Part shown: one piece after another, positions 47,415-59,480 of the stretch
Numbering within the stretch: the first letter of the stretch is position 1
Layout of the letters: each line of letters opens with the position of its first letter
Origin: Mobula hypostoma
Lineage: Eukaryota
Assembly: GCF_963921235.1 (NCBI RefSeq)
Contig: NC_086107.1
Span: 107,944,001-108,008,000, forward strand
Length of the DNA stretch: 64,000 nt
Direction: 5' to 3'
Notes under the pieces: model-generated
What the model saw: only the letters and a program-made list of their open reading frames with translations
Databases searched by the model: none
What the model was told of the DNA's origin: nothing
Translations under genes and position numbers: made by a program

Positions 47415-48550
47415 AAACACAAAAGATTCTAGGAATCCTGAGCAACACACATAAAATACTGGAGGAACTCAGCAAGTCGGGCTGAGTTGAGTGGGGATGG
47501 GGGAGGAAATGGGGAGGGGAAGGCTGTGTAGAGTGGGTAATTGGAAGCAGGTGGGGTAGAGGGGATGAAGATGGGTGACAAAGGGCTGGATGGGCTGAGG
47601 GTGGAAAAGAGGACAAGAACAGGGAGGGGGAAGGAGGAAACAAATTAGATCTGTAGTTAGTCATAAGCACAAGAGATTCTGCAGTGCTGGAAATCCTGCG
47701 CAACACCCACAAAATGCTGGAGGAACTCAGCAGTTCAGGCAGCATCTACGGAGAGGAATAAACAGTTGATGTTTTGAGCCAAGATGCTTCATTGAGATTG
47801 GGAAGGAAAGGGACAGAAGTGTGAACAAGAAGGTGAGGGGAGGGGGCAGAGTGAAAGCTGGCAGGTGAAAGGTGAGACCATGTGAGGGGATGATGGATGG
47901 GTGGGTGGGAGAAGAGGGATGAGGTGAAAAGCTGGGCTATGAAAGGTGGATGAGGTAAAGGGCTGAAGAAGGAATCCAATAGGAGAGGATGTTGGACCAT
48001 GAGAGAAAGAGGAGAACCAGAGGGATGTGTGAAGAGAAGAGATGGGGTGAGAGGGTGAACAGAAGGGGGATTAGAAAAAGAGAGAAGGAAGGGGGAGAAA
48101 TTACCAGAAGATGGAGAAATCAATGTTCATGCCATCACATTGGAGACCAGTTAGAATATGAGGTGTTACCTCTCCAACCTGAGTTTGGTCTCATCATGGC
48201 AGTAGAGGAGACAATAGACAGCCATGTTAAAATGGGAATTGGAAGTCTGACATGTCCTAGCTTCTCGATTCACCCACCTTCCCCCGTACCTGGTCTCACC
48301 TATCAACTGCCAGCTTGTACTTCTTGCTGTCCCCCCATCTTCTTGTTCTGGCTTCTGCCCCCTTCCTTTCCTGTCCTGATGAAGGATCTCAGCCTAAAAT
48401 GTTGTCTCCTTTATTCCTCAACATAATCAGAAGCGATTCTGCAGGTGCTGGAAATCTAGGGCAACACACACAATGATGGAAGAACTCAACAGATCAGACA
48501 GCATCTATGGAGAGAAATTAAAAATTAACATTTCAGGCCAAGGCTGAAAT
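47415..48550. mobile_element. Array of Penelope pLTR fragments in mixed orientation
   Basis: Minus termini at ~47415, ~47664 and ~48430; plus fragment ~48255-48425 with ctgtc-CTGATGA-aggatctcagcct-aaaa; endonuclease C-terminal remnant at ~48100-48240. Confidence 0.7.
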
Positions 48551-48975
48551 TTAGAAGAATGAGGGGAGGGGGGGATCTCATTAAAACCAGGCAAATGTTG
48601 AAAGGACTAGATAGAGTGAAAGTGGGGAGGATACTTCTTACGGTGGGGGAGTTGAAGATCAAAGGACAGCCTCAGAATAGAGGGACATCTATTTAGAATG
48701 GAGAAAAGAGGAATTTCTTTAGCAGGACAGTTTTGAATCTGTGGAATTTATTGCCACAGGTAGCTGTAGAGGCCAGGGCATTGGGTGTATTTAAGGGTGT
48801 ATTTATGTTAATAGGATCTTGATCAGTCAAGGTGTGAAAGTTTACGGGGAGAAGGCAGGACAATGGAGTTGAGAGTTATGGTCTTATGGAGAGAGAAGCG
48901 GATCAGCCATGATGAAATAGTGGAGCACCGATGGGCCAAAAGGCCTAATTCTGCTCCAATGTCTTATGGTCTTAT
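48550..48975 (+). mobile_element. CR1-like 3' fragment
   Basis: ggggatctcattaaaacc...aggaatttctttagc...tcttatggtcttatgg. Confidence 0.75.
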
Positions 48976-49094
48976 GGACTTCATTAGGACTGCTGACCCT
49001 TCATCCAGTCCTGATAAAGGGTGTCAGGTCGAAATGTCTACATTTCTGAATGACTACTTATAGGCCATTAATTGGCTTTGTTGTGTTTGAGTTC

Positions 49095-50185
49095 AAAACT
49101 TCATTGTGATCAAACCTGATCAGTAAACTCCAAGACTTGGGCCTCAATACCCTCTTCTGCAATTGGATCCTGGATTTCCTCACTTGCAGTCCCCAGTCAG
49201 TTCAGATTGGCAAAACATCTCTCCATGATCTCCATCAGCACAAGAGCACCACAGGGGTGTGTACTTAGCACTCCCTGCTCTACTCACTTTACCCCTGTGA
49301 CTGTATGGCTAAGTACATCTCCAACACCATGTACTGTACAAGTTTGCTAATGACGCCACTGTTGTGGGTTGTATCAGCAGATAGGAGGGAGACTGAAAAT
49401 TTGACTGAGTAGTGCTATAACAACAACCTCTTGCTCAACGTCAGTAAGACCAAGGAACTAATTGGAGACTTCAGGAGAGGGAAACCAGAGGTCCTTGAGC
49501 CAGTATTCAGAGGATCAGAGGTGGAAAGGGTCAGTAATTTTAAATTCCTGTGTGTCACTATCTCAGATGACCTGTCGTAATTGAAAAGAAAGCACAACAG
49601 CGCCTCTACTTCCTCAAAAGTCTGTGGAAATTCAGCATGTCATCAAAAACCTTGGCAAACTTCTATAGAGGTGTGGTGGAAAGCGTGCTGGCTGGCTGCA
49701 TTTTGGCCTGGTACGGGAACAACAATGCCTCTGAGCAGAAAATCCTTGGATTCGGCCAAGTACATCACGGGTAAAACCCTCCCAACTACTGAGCACACCT
49801 ACTTGAAATGTTGCCGTAGAAAAGCAGCCTCCATCATCAAAGCTCCTCACTACCCAGGCCATGCTCGTTTCTCACTGCTGCCATCAGGCAGAAGGTACAA
49901 GAGCCTCAGGACTCACACCACCAAGTTCAAGAGCAATTACTACCCCTCAACCATCAGGCTCTTGAACAAAAGGGGATAACTACACTCATATAAGGACTCC
50001 TTTATCTTGCTATTTCACGCTTGTCATTTATAGCTATTTATTTATATCTGCACATGCACAGTTTGATGTCCATTGTTTACAGTTACTGCTCTATAGATTT
50101 GCTAAGTATACTGGAGAAAAAGAATCTCAGAGTTGTATGTAGTGACATGTATGTACTCTGGTAATAAATTTTACTTTGAGCTTTG
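49095..50185 (+). mobile_element. Rex1/Babar-like RT remnant to 3' end
   Basis: [67 protein letters not shown]. Confidence 0.85.
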
Positions 50186-50269
50186 AGTAGCATGACTCTA
50201 TTACCACAACACTGACTTTTATTGTTCCAAGTTCACAGTTTCCAACTCCAGCAATGAGACAAACTCAAT

Positions 50270-50964
50270 AACCATAAGATCATAGGACATAGGCTCAGTA
50301 TTAGTTCACTTGGCCCATTAAGTCGGCTCGGCCATTCCACCATGGCTGATTTATTTTCCCTCTCAACCTCATTCTCCTGCCTTCTCCTCATAACCTTTGA
50401 CACTCTGATTAATCAAGAACCTATCAACCTCTGCCTTAAACTTAGCCAATGGCTTGGCCTGCACAGCCATCTGGCTAAAGGAATTTTTCCTCATCTCTGT
50501 TCTAAATGGACAGCCCTCAATCCTGAGGCTGTACCCTCTGGTCCTCGACCTCCACACTATAGGAAACATCCCCTCCATATCCACTCTATCTAGGCCTTTC
50601 AAAATTTGATAGGTTTCAGTGAGATCTCTCCTCCTCATTCTTCTAAACTCCAGTGAGCAAAGAGCCAGAGCCATCCAATGCACCTCATATGTTAACCCTT
50701 TCATTCCTGAGATCATTCTCATGAACCTCCTCTGGACCCTCTCCAATGCCAGCACATCTTTTCTTAGATAAGGGGCCTAAAACTGCTCACAATACTCATA
50801 GCCTGTTCTGATCAATGCCTTATAAAACCTCAGCATTACATCCTTGCATTTGTTTACTAGTCCTCTTGGAATGAAAGCTAACATTGCATTTACCTTCCTT
50901 ACCACTGACTCAACCTGTAAGTTGACCTTTAGGGAATCCTGCACAAGGGCTCCCAACTCCCCTT
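50270..50964 (-). mobile_element. CR1-like 3' fragment (continues at 51664 after the RTE insertion)
   Basis: ORF 50369-50755(-): LALERVQRRFMRMISGMKGLTYE...RDLTETYQILKGLDRV. Confidence 0.85.
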
Positions 50965-51667
50965 CATCATCATCATCAGGTGCTGTGCCCAGTTTGAGTT
51001 TTGACTGCCATGACCCACATACTCCTGTTTCTGGTCCAGTGGATCAATTCATTGGTATTCATTTCCAGTTCTCTGGCTGCTGTCTCCATCATCATTTGTC
51101 TTTGTCTTCCTCTTCCTTTCTTCCCTTCAATCTTTCCCATAATTACCGTGCACTCTAACTCCTCTTTCCTAATCACATGCCCAATGAAGTTATGTTGCCT
51201 TTTCGTGATCTCATACATTATTTCTCTTTTTGTGTTTGCTCTGATCATGACATCCTTGTTGGGTATTCATTTTATCCATGATATTCTTTGCATCCTCCTC
51301 AAAAACCACATCTCTGCTGCTTCAATTCGTTTCCTCGTGTTACTAGATATTGTCCAACATTCTGAGCCATATAACATAACTGGATAAACATAACATTTCA
51401 GTGCTCTGAGGCGGGTTGTCATGCCTAGTTTAGTATTGGTCAGTATACTCTTCATTCTCGTAAAAGTGTCTTTTGCCATCCCTATTCTTCTTTTGACATC
51501 CATGTCGCACCTGCCATCTGATGTCACCCAGCTTCCTAAGTAGCAAAAGTTATTTCACATATGCAGATAACACTGTGTTAATTGCAACTATGGAGGAAGA
51601 ACTGCAAAACTTAATTGATATAATTGTTGAAGAAAGTGCAAAAATGGGTCTATCTATCAACTGCAAG
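50965..51667 (-). mobile_element. RTE-clade (BovB-like) LINE, 5'-truncated with inverted 5' segment
   Basis: (CAT)n tail 50965-50978; minus strand NFCYLGS..DGRCDMDVKRRIGMAK...VMLYGSECW...GKIEGKKGRGR; plus strand 51560-51667 YADNTVLIA..EEELQNLID...MGLSINCK. Confidence 0.85.
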
Positions 51668-51784
51668 TCCCTTTGCACCTTTGATTATTGAATGCTGGAT
51701 TTTTGAGACAATGAGGGAGGTGTAATGAGGATGGTCAAGAGCACATCATGATGACCTAATCAGATTCCCAAGGAGCCTTTAAAG

Positions 51785-51865
51785 CAGGGGTTCCCAAACT
51801 TCTTTTATGCCATGGACCAATACCATTAAGCAAGGGGGCTGTGGACCCTGGGTTGGGAACCCCTC
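51785..51865. mobile_element. 81-bp hAT MITE
   Basis: caggggttcccaa / ttgggaacccctc; TSD ctttaaag (51777-51784) / ctttaatg (51866-51873). Confidence 0.8.
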
Positions 51866-52139
51866 CTTTAATGAGAATGGCATTCTCATAGGGTAGGTCT
51901 GTGCAGATGGAGAACCATACCATTTTCTTCAAAAAGGAGGGCACAGTCTTGCAGGTGGTCGAGTCACTGCTTCATGGCTCCGGTGACTCAAGTTCAACCT
52001 TGACCTCCGGCGCTGTCTGTGTGGAGTTTGCACGTCCTCCCTGGGGCCATGTGGGTTCAGTGGTTCGATGATTCAATGGTTCCATTTATTATCAGAGAAT
52101 GTTTACAATCCACATCCTGAAATTCTTGCTCTTACAACA

Positions 52140-52347
52140 GTCAGCATTGTTGACCCTGAGCTGGACCCCCAAACCTGGAGGACTGGTGGACCGCTCTTAG
52201 TCTGGCTTCTAAACTTCGACCTGTTTGCCGTGGGTGACCCTGTCAAGAGCTAAGGCACAAGGCCCTGACTCCAGCCAGCATAGCTCTTTGGGTCATTGAG
52301 GCAAGAAAGCCTCCAAATCCAAGGGCAAGGTCGTGGTCCTCTTGGAG
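52140..52347 (-). mobile_element. Family B RTE-derived fragment
   Basis: ctgagctggacccccaaacctggaggactggtggacc, collinear with 23910-24105. Confidence 0.65.
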
Positions 52348-52650
52348 GCTATCTGGTCTGTGCTGAACGCTTACTCTGCTTAGTGAATGAAACGTTGTTA
52401 CATTTCTTGTTTTGTGGCTGCAGTACATAAAAAAAACTATAATTAGCAATAAGACATACATTTAAAAGTAAATAGTGCATAAAGGGAGATAAGTAGCGAG
52501 GTTCATGTTCCGTTAGGAAATCTGATGGTGGAGGGGAAGAAGCTGTTCCTGAAATGTTGTGCATGCTGTACCTCCTCCCTCATGGTAGTAATGAGGAGAG
52601 GGCATGACCTGGTTGGTGAGGGTCCTTCAAGATAGATGCTGCCTTCTTGA

Positions 52651-53100
52651 GGTTCAATGGTCCAATGGTTCCATTTAACATCGGAGAATGTGTACAGTCT
52701 CCAACCTGAAATTCTTACTTTTCACGGACACCCACTAAACGGAAGAAAACCCCAAAAGAATGAATGAGAGAAAAATGGTAGAACCCCAAAGACCACCCTC
52801 CCCTCCTACGCAAAAGCACCAGCAAAGCATCAGCCCTCCCTTCTCACCCACTCCGCTCATGCCTCAGCAAAAACATCAGCCCTCCCACTCACAATGCAGA
52901 CAATAGCGAAGCCCCCAAAGGGACGACGATCTAGAGTCCATCAAAAACCGCTCTTCACCCCAACATCTCCACATGCCACAGGCTCTCTCTCTTTCTCGCT
53001 AACGATGAAGAGAGAGATAACTTTCCTGCCACAGCGAGAAGGGGGGTTAACAGCGCGGCTTGCTGTTTTGATGTCACAATCTGCAACGCCGTTTATTTTG
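52651..53100 (-). mobile_element. Non-coding repeat related to family D, next to a minus Rex1 fragment (~52400-52650)
   Basis: ggttccatttaacatcggagaatgtgtacag..caacctgaaattc and ccacaggctctctct shared with family D. Confidence 0.55.
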
Positions 53101-53109
53101 ACAGCAGTG

Positions 53110-53635
53110 TTTCAGATATGTCCATACATGGCCTCCTCTACTGCCATGATGAGGCTAAACTCAGGTTGGAGGAGCAACACCTCATATACCGTCTAGGTAG
53201 TCTCCAGCCCCTTGGTATGAACATAGAATTCTCCAACTTCCGGTAATTCCACCCCCCTTCCCCTATCCCTATGTCACTCTGCCCCCTCCCCCAGCTGCCT
53301 ACCTCCTCCCTCTTGGTTCCGCCTCCTTCTACTATCCATTGTGTTTTCCCCTATTCCTTCTTCACCTTTCCTGCCTATCACCTCCCTGCTTCCCCTCCCC
53401 CACCCCTTTATCTTTCCCCTTACTGGTTTCTCACCTGGAATTTACCAGCCTTCTCCTTCCCACCCTCCCCCTACCTTCTTTATAGGGCCTCTGCCCCTTC
53501 CCTCTTCAGTCCTGATGAAGGGTTCTGGCCCAAAACGTTGACTGATCGTTTCCACGGATACTGCCCAACCTGCTGAGTTCCTCCAGCGTGTTGAGAGTGT
53601 TGCTTTGACCCCAGCATCTGCAGATTATTTTGTGT
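53110..53635 (+). mobile_element. Penelope-like 3' fragment with degenerate hammerhead (53507-53544)
   Basis: MSIHGLLYCHDEAKLRLEEQHLIYRLGSLQPLGMNIEFSNFR; cagtc-CTGATGA-agggttctggccc-aaaa-cgttgactg. Confidence 0.8.
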
Positions 53636-54510
53636 TTTGTCTCAATGTTCTGATCCCACGCCTTATGAAGATGTCCTCAGTGCTGAGGACACCAGTGATG
53701 GAGTGGCTGAGTCGAGAACTCTCTGCAGATTTATTCAATCCTGCGCATTGTCTCCGTGCGCTATGAAGTTGGGACATTTGTCAGCGCCAGTCACCCTAGA
53801 GATGAACATTCCCACTTTTAAACGCTTAATTTCCATTTATTCAACATGGGGTTAAACTAAGTACCAGCTGCTACCGAAAACCAACTATACTCTACAGATT
53901 AATTGGTTGTCTTCCACTTAACTCCACAGTTTCCAAGGTGAGGCAGGGTGGGAATTTCTCATTCGGCTGCCAACTTCGTTGGGAAACTCATTGAGATTTC
54001 AGTGGTGCGTATACACAGAACCAGAACCACCGTGAGGGAAAATTACCGGCTGTCAAAAACACACAGAGGTTCTGATTAAATAATTCTATCTTACCTGCTG
54101 TGGCTTCAGGTTGTGCCCTTTCTGTGTTGTGAGCTCCCACAGAAACCTTTGCATTTTTGCTCGGAGAATTCTTATGAATATTCTTTGCAAGGTCCCTCCT
54201 TCCCGCTTAAAAGTCCTCATCCTTTGTCACATTTCTTTGTTTCTGCAGCTGTGTCCCTCCCTCCTCCCTCCCCTACTCTACATCGTAGAATCCCAAAACC
54301 CGCCTACCAATCAAGAGGCAGTGAAGAGAACACAACCCCCAATCTCTAGTATTGCCATCGTGTGACTGGCCAGTATCAGGGTCAATGTCATCGCCAAGGG
54401 GTCACACCAGGCCCGTCTGGGCCTTGTGTCCTGAGGCCTTGCCTTTGCCGAAGCAAGGGGCCCAGTTACCATTTTGATGGCCTCTCACCACTGAAGCCTA
54501 GCTCAAAGAT

Positions 54511-55432
54511 TCATCTTTCCCTCCCCCACCTCTGCATTCCGCAGGGATCGCTCCCTATGCAACTCCCTTGTCCATTCATCCCCCCCCCCGCCATCCCTCC
54601 CCACTGATCTCCCTCCTGGCACTTATCCTTGTAAGCGGAACAAGTGCTACACATGCCCTTACACTTCCTCCCTTACCACCATTCAGGGCCCCAGACAGTC
54701 CTTCCAGGTGAGGCGACACTTCACCTGTGAGTCGGCTGGGGTGATATACTGCGTTCGGTGCTCCAGATGCGGCCTTCTATATATTGGCGAGACCCGACGC
54801 AGACTGGGAGATGGTTTTGCTGAACACCTACGCTCTGTCCGCCAGAGAAAGCAGGATCTCCCAGTGGCCACGCATTTTAATTCCACATCCCATTCCCATT
54901 CTGATATGTCTATCCACGGCCTCCTCTACTGTAAAGATGAAACCACACTCAGGTTGGAGGAACAACACTTTATATTCCGTCTGGGTAGCCTCCAACCTGA
55001 TGGCATGAACATTGACTTCTCAAACTTCCGCTAATGCCCCACCTCCCCTTCGTACCCCATCCGTTTTTTATTTATATACATACATTCTTTCTCTCTCTCT
55101 CCTTTTTCTCCCTCTGTCCCTCTCACTATACCCCTTGCCCATCCTCTGGGCTTCCCCCCTCCCCCTTTTCTTTCTCCCTAGGCCTCCTGTCCCATGATCC
55201 TCTCATATCCCTTTTGTCAATCACCTATCCAGCTCTTGGCTCCATCCCTCCCCCTCCTGTCTTCTCCTATCATTTCGGATCTCCCCCTCTCCGTCCCACT
55301 TTCAAATCTCTTACTATCTCTTCTTTCAGTTAGTCCTGACGAAGGGTCTCGGCCTGAAAGGTCGACTGTACCTCTTCCTAGAGATGCTGCCTGGCCTGCT
55401 GCATTCACCAGCAACTTTTATGTGTGTTGCTC
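54511..55432 (+). mobile_element. Penelope-like element (Neptune-type): Cys linker, GIY-YIG endonuclease and pLTR
   Basis: AFRRDRSL..SLVH; PGTYPCKRNKCYTCPY; FTCESAGVIYCVRCSRCGLLYIGETRRRL...LQPDGMN; hammerhead 55332-55367 with GAAAG-GTC. Confidence 0.9.
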
Positions 55433-55559
55433 AAAGATTCAAAGTATATTTGCTATCAAAGTGTGTATACAGAATACAACTCAGAGATTCATCCTCTCAC
55501 AGGCAGCCACAAAACAAAGAAACACCATGGTATCCATTCAAGAAAACACCTAATGCAAG

Positions 55560-55786
55560 GAAGGGGAGGGAACGTCAACTCAGACCATGAGAGGCCTGCG
55601 TCGGGCATCTTCATGCCTTACAAGGCGCAGATTGGAAGTCTGTGTGGGGCGCTACTCCTCGAATGGACCCTTGAGCAATGTGTGGTTAAGTGCCTTGCTC
55701 AAGGACACAAACATGCTGCCACAGCTGAGGCTCGAACTAGTGACCTTCAGATCACTAGACGAATGCCTTAACCACTTGGCCACGTG
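55560..55786 (-). mobile_element. tRNA-derived CORE-SINE
   Basis: Minus strand: A box gtggccaagtgg, B box agttcgagcc, CORE-like gtgtccttgagcaaggcacttaacc. Confidence 0.7.
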
Positions 55787-56177
55787 CTCAACAAAAAAAA
55801 GAGCAAATTGCACAAACGGCAAAAAGCAAGTGAACCACACATAGAATATCAAACATCACACCAGAAGTTTTCAGTTTAATTCCGTTTAGAACCACGCTGT
55901 TAGCCAATTCAGGGCATAGAGCCATTCTTCGCCAAAGCACCCCAGTCTGCACTGATCGCCCCAATCAAACAGCTCAAAAACAGCAAAAAAAGTAACCAAA
56001 ATCCAGGAACTCATGCAACATGGACCTCAAAGTCCCTCAAAATGAGTCCACAGCCTTGCCAATCAAGCCTGGTAATGTGGATTCCTTGTCTCCTGCCTTT
56101 CCTCTGACAGCCACTAGACAGAGGGAGAGGAAGACCAGAAAAACATAGACAGACGGCACCGAAATCCACCTGGTGAA

Positions 56178-56470
56178 ACATAAGAAATAGGAGCAGGAGT
56201 CGGCCATCTGGCCCGTCGAGCCTGCTCCACCATTCAATAAGATCATGGCTGATCTGGCCATGGACTCATCTCCACCTGCCTTTCCCCCATAACCCTTAAT
56301 TCCCCAACTATGCAAAAATCTATCCAGCCTTGTCTTAAGTATATTTACTGAGGTAGCCTCCATTGTTTCATTGGGCAGAGAATTCCACAGATATCACCAC
56401 TCTTTGGGAAAAGCAGTTCCTTCTCATCTCCATCGTAAGTCTACTCTGTCAATGCTTGAGGCTATGAATC
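56178..56470 (-). mobile_element. CR1-like 3' end
   Basis: cataagaaataggagcaggagtcggccatc...gaattccacaga. Confidence 0.75.
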
Positions 56471-56639
56471 TTGAGACACTCTCAGGAGAAACAATGTCAA
56501 TCTATGCAGTAGGAATTTGGGAAGGGTGGTAACAGTTTTCAGCAACTTATTCATTTTTTAATTGAGATACAGAATAGTAACAGGCCCTTCTGGCCCAACG
56601 AGCCTGCGTCACCTAATTCATGTGACCAATCACTGTGCT

Positions 56640-57275
56640 AGGAGAGGAGCTGGAAAAGATGGCACCAGAAATTTCAAGGACTTCTTCCGGTTCCTCCGCG
56701 AAACAGCTTATTCCTCTTTTCTCACGTCTTTCTTTTCAATATGGCTGAAGGAAAATGAAACGCCGAGAGAGCTGGGGGTTTGCGCTGCCTTCAGGAGAAG
56801 GCTCCTATACCCAAACGATCCTCGCTCGCTCTCTCTTTTTGATGGTGAGTGAGAGCCTGTCGGCCCCCGAGTCAGTGAAGAGACACGGAAGATTGAAACA
56901 TTGGAACAGTAAGCTGCTGGTCTCCTGTTCTCCTTGTTGTAGGAGAGAACTCTCTCTCTCACTGGTGACAGGGAGACTGTCTGAGATGTCAAAAATGCTG
57001 GGTTATGGACTGTAGTTTTTGAAGGACTCTAGATCAAGGTCTCTTTGAGAATTTTGCTGTTGCCTGCATGGTGGGGGGAGGGTTGGGCGGGGTAGGTGGT
57101 TGGTGATTTTGCTGGTGCATTTGGGGGGAGAGTTAATGTTGCTGTTTGTGCATGGGATGGGGGTGGGCTTTAGGGTTCTGATGTTTCTGTCACTCATTCT
57201 ATGTTTTATTTGTTTTGTGCATGTCTGTGAAGAGGAGGAATTTCAGGCTGTATACTGTATCCATTCTCTGACATT
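56640..57275 (+). mobile_element. Non-coding repeat related to family D
   Basis: 5' aaagatggc; 3' atttcaggctgtatactgtatccattctctgacatta is the reverse complement of the family D end at 26605-26645. Confidence 0.55.
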
Positions 57276-57429
57276 AGGGATTGGAATGTCTTTGGTCAAT
57301 GTCAATGTCTTTGGAATGTGAGAGGACACCAGTGCACCCAGAGGAATCAAACAAACTCCATACAGACAGCAATTCTGTTTAAACTCTCCCCAACAGCCTT
57401 AGCAAAACTCGCTGCCAGGATATTGCCCC

Positions 57430-58830
57430 CCCCCCCCGTTTTTCTTCGCAAACATCCACAAAAACAGAGGAGTACCCCAAAGAATGAATGACAGTTAAAT
57501 GTTAGAGCCCCAAAGCCCCCCCCAGCTCCCCCCCTCCCACGTGTAAGCATCAGCAAGGCAATGACCCCTTCCCCCACCAGCAAAAAAGCATCTGCACCCT
57601 CCACCAAGCACTCAAGCAAGCAGCAAAGCATCAGTAAAGACACAGACTTGCAGTATCCCAAAGACTACTCGTTCACTCGGTATTTGACATACCACAGGCT
57701 CTCTCTCTCTCCCTAATCTCTCCAGATTAAGACGGCGGCGCGACGCAGCTCGCAGTGGCCACTCCGGTGGTGATGTCTGTTATCTGTCAAGTAGGGTGCT
57801 GTGCACAATCCTGATTTAATGGAGATGGACGTGAGAGCACGGAGGAACATCTGGTGAAACTTCTGAAATGCCTGCTTCGCTGCTGCTGCTACCGTGTGAT
57901 CCGGAATCTCCGGAGGGGAAGGCCCCGAGTCCTCGGCTTTGCTTGTTGCTCGGCGGCCGGGGCGGGGTCGAAGTGCTCGGCAGAGGATGGTGCTCGGAGA
58001 GGCTGTGTCAGAGGGGCTGGTCGGAGGCTCGAAGTTTTCGGACGGACTCAGAGTCCGCTGTGGTCGGGTGCTTCCAATGGTGCTGCAACGGCAAGTTGGC
58101 GGCGCTTGGAGGTTCATGGCAGGGAGAGTTTCTCCCTTCTGCTGCCTGTGTGAGATGATGAGTCTATCGGGACTTTGAGACTTTTTTTTACCGTGCCCAT
58201 GGTCTGCTCTTTATCAAATTATGGTATTGCTGTTACTGTTGTAACTATATGTTATAATTATGTGGTTTTGTCAGTTTCTGTCTTGGTTTGTCTTGTGTTT
58301 TCTTGTGATATCATTCTGGAGGAACATTGTATCATTTTTTAATGCATGCATTTCTAAATGACAATAATCGAAGACTGAGTGTCCTCATAATCTAATAAGG
58401 GAAAAAGAGCTGTCCCTGTTTCACAGTGAGATGGGAGGCATAGCAAAAAACAACTCGCCAATTTATGGTGTTAAAAGTCTGTTGCGTCGAACTCGGGTGT
58501 CTGGGCACACAGCCAGCAGCCAGCTGGCTGCTTTCGATCTTCTGTGTCCACCCGTGACGCATCAGGCAGCAGCACCGGCCACGAATCCGCCCGCCTCCAG
58601 ACCCATGAACGCCCGGCACCCTGAAGGTGTGCTAGTCTTCCAGGCTGCACCCTCGCCATTTTGAAAAGCGGCTGGTCATGAGAGCGGGTCCCATATCTGC
58701 AAAGAACCGAAGTCAGCATGTAACCCCAGGTCAGGGTCTTCAAAAGAACCCTAAAAACAAACAAAAAAAGAGATATTAAAGATAGAAATAGAGCTGTTTC
58801 TGAAGTTGCAAGCAAAGGAGTTGCTGTTGG
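57430..58830 (-). mobile_element. Family D element split by a family A insertion
   Basis: Collinear with 26640-27360 on both sides of 57718-58396. Confidence 0.75.
57718..58396 (+). mobile_element. Family A non-coding retroelement, apparently full length
   Basis: 5' aagacggcggcg; 3' aaatgacaata...gtcctcataatctaat; flanked by ctaat (57713-57717 and 58392-58396). Confidence 0.8.
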
Positions 58831-58912
58831 GTGCCATAATTCTAAGCTCCACCATCCGGACTATTTCCACCAACAGGGGCATTTAGATCAATGAAACATA
58901 ACCTTGAAATGA

Positions 58913-59480
58913 TACACTCAGTAGCCAGTTTATTAAATACGTCTTGTACTTAATAAAGTGGCCACTGAGAGTTTGTTCGTGGTCTTCTGCTGCTGTAGCC
59001 CTTCCTCTTCAAGATTCAACGTGTTGGGCATTCAGAGATGCTGTTCTGCACACCACTGTTGTAATGTGTGGTTACTGGGTTACTGTCACCTTCCTGTCAG
59101 CTTGAACCAGTCTGGCCATTCTCCTCTGACCTCTCTCATTAACAAGGTGTTTTCGCCCACAGAGCTGCTGCTCACTGGTTTTTGTTTCTCACACCATTCT
59201 TTGTAAACTCTAGAGACTGTTGTGCGTGAAAATCCCAGGGGACCAGCAGTTTCTGAGATACTCAAACCACCCTGTCTGCCACCAACAATCATTCCACAGT
59301 CAAAGTCACTTAGATCACATCCCCTCCCCGTTCTGATATTTGGTCTGAACAACAACTGAACCTCTTGACCAAGTCTGAATACTTTTATGCATTGAGTTGC
59401 TGGAATATGACTGGCTGATTAGATGTTTGCACTAATGAGCAGGTTTACGGGTGTATCTAATAAAGTGGCCACTGAGTGTA
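58913..59480 (-). mobile_element. Non-autonomous Tc1-like element
   Basis: tacactcagtagcca ... taataaagtggccactgagtgta; DLSDFDCGMIVGGRQGGLSISETAGPLGFSRTTVSRVYKEW; hairpin 58913-58972. Confidence 0.85.
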
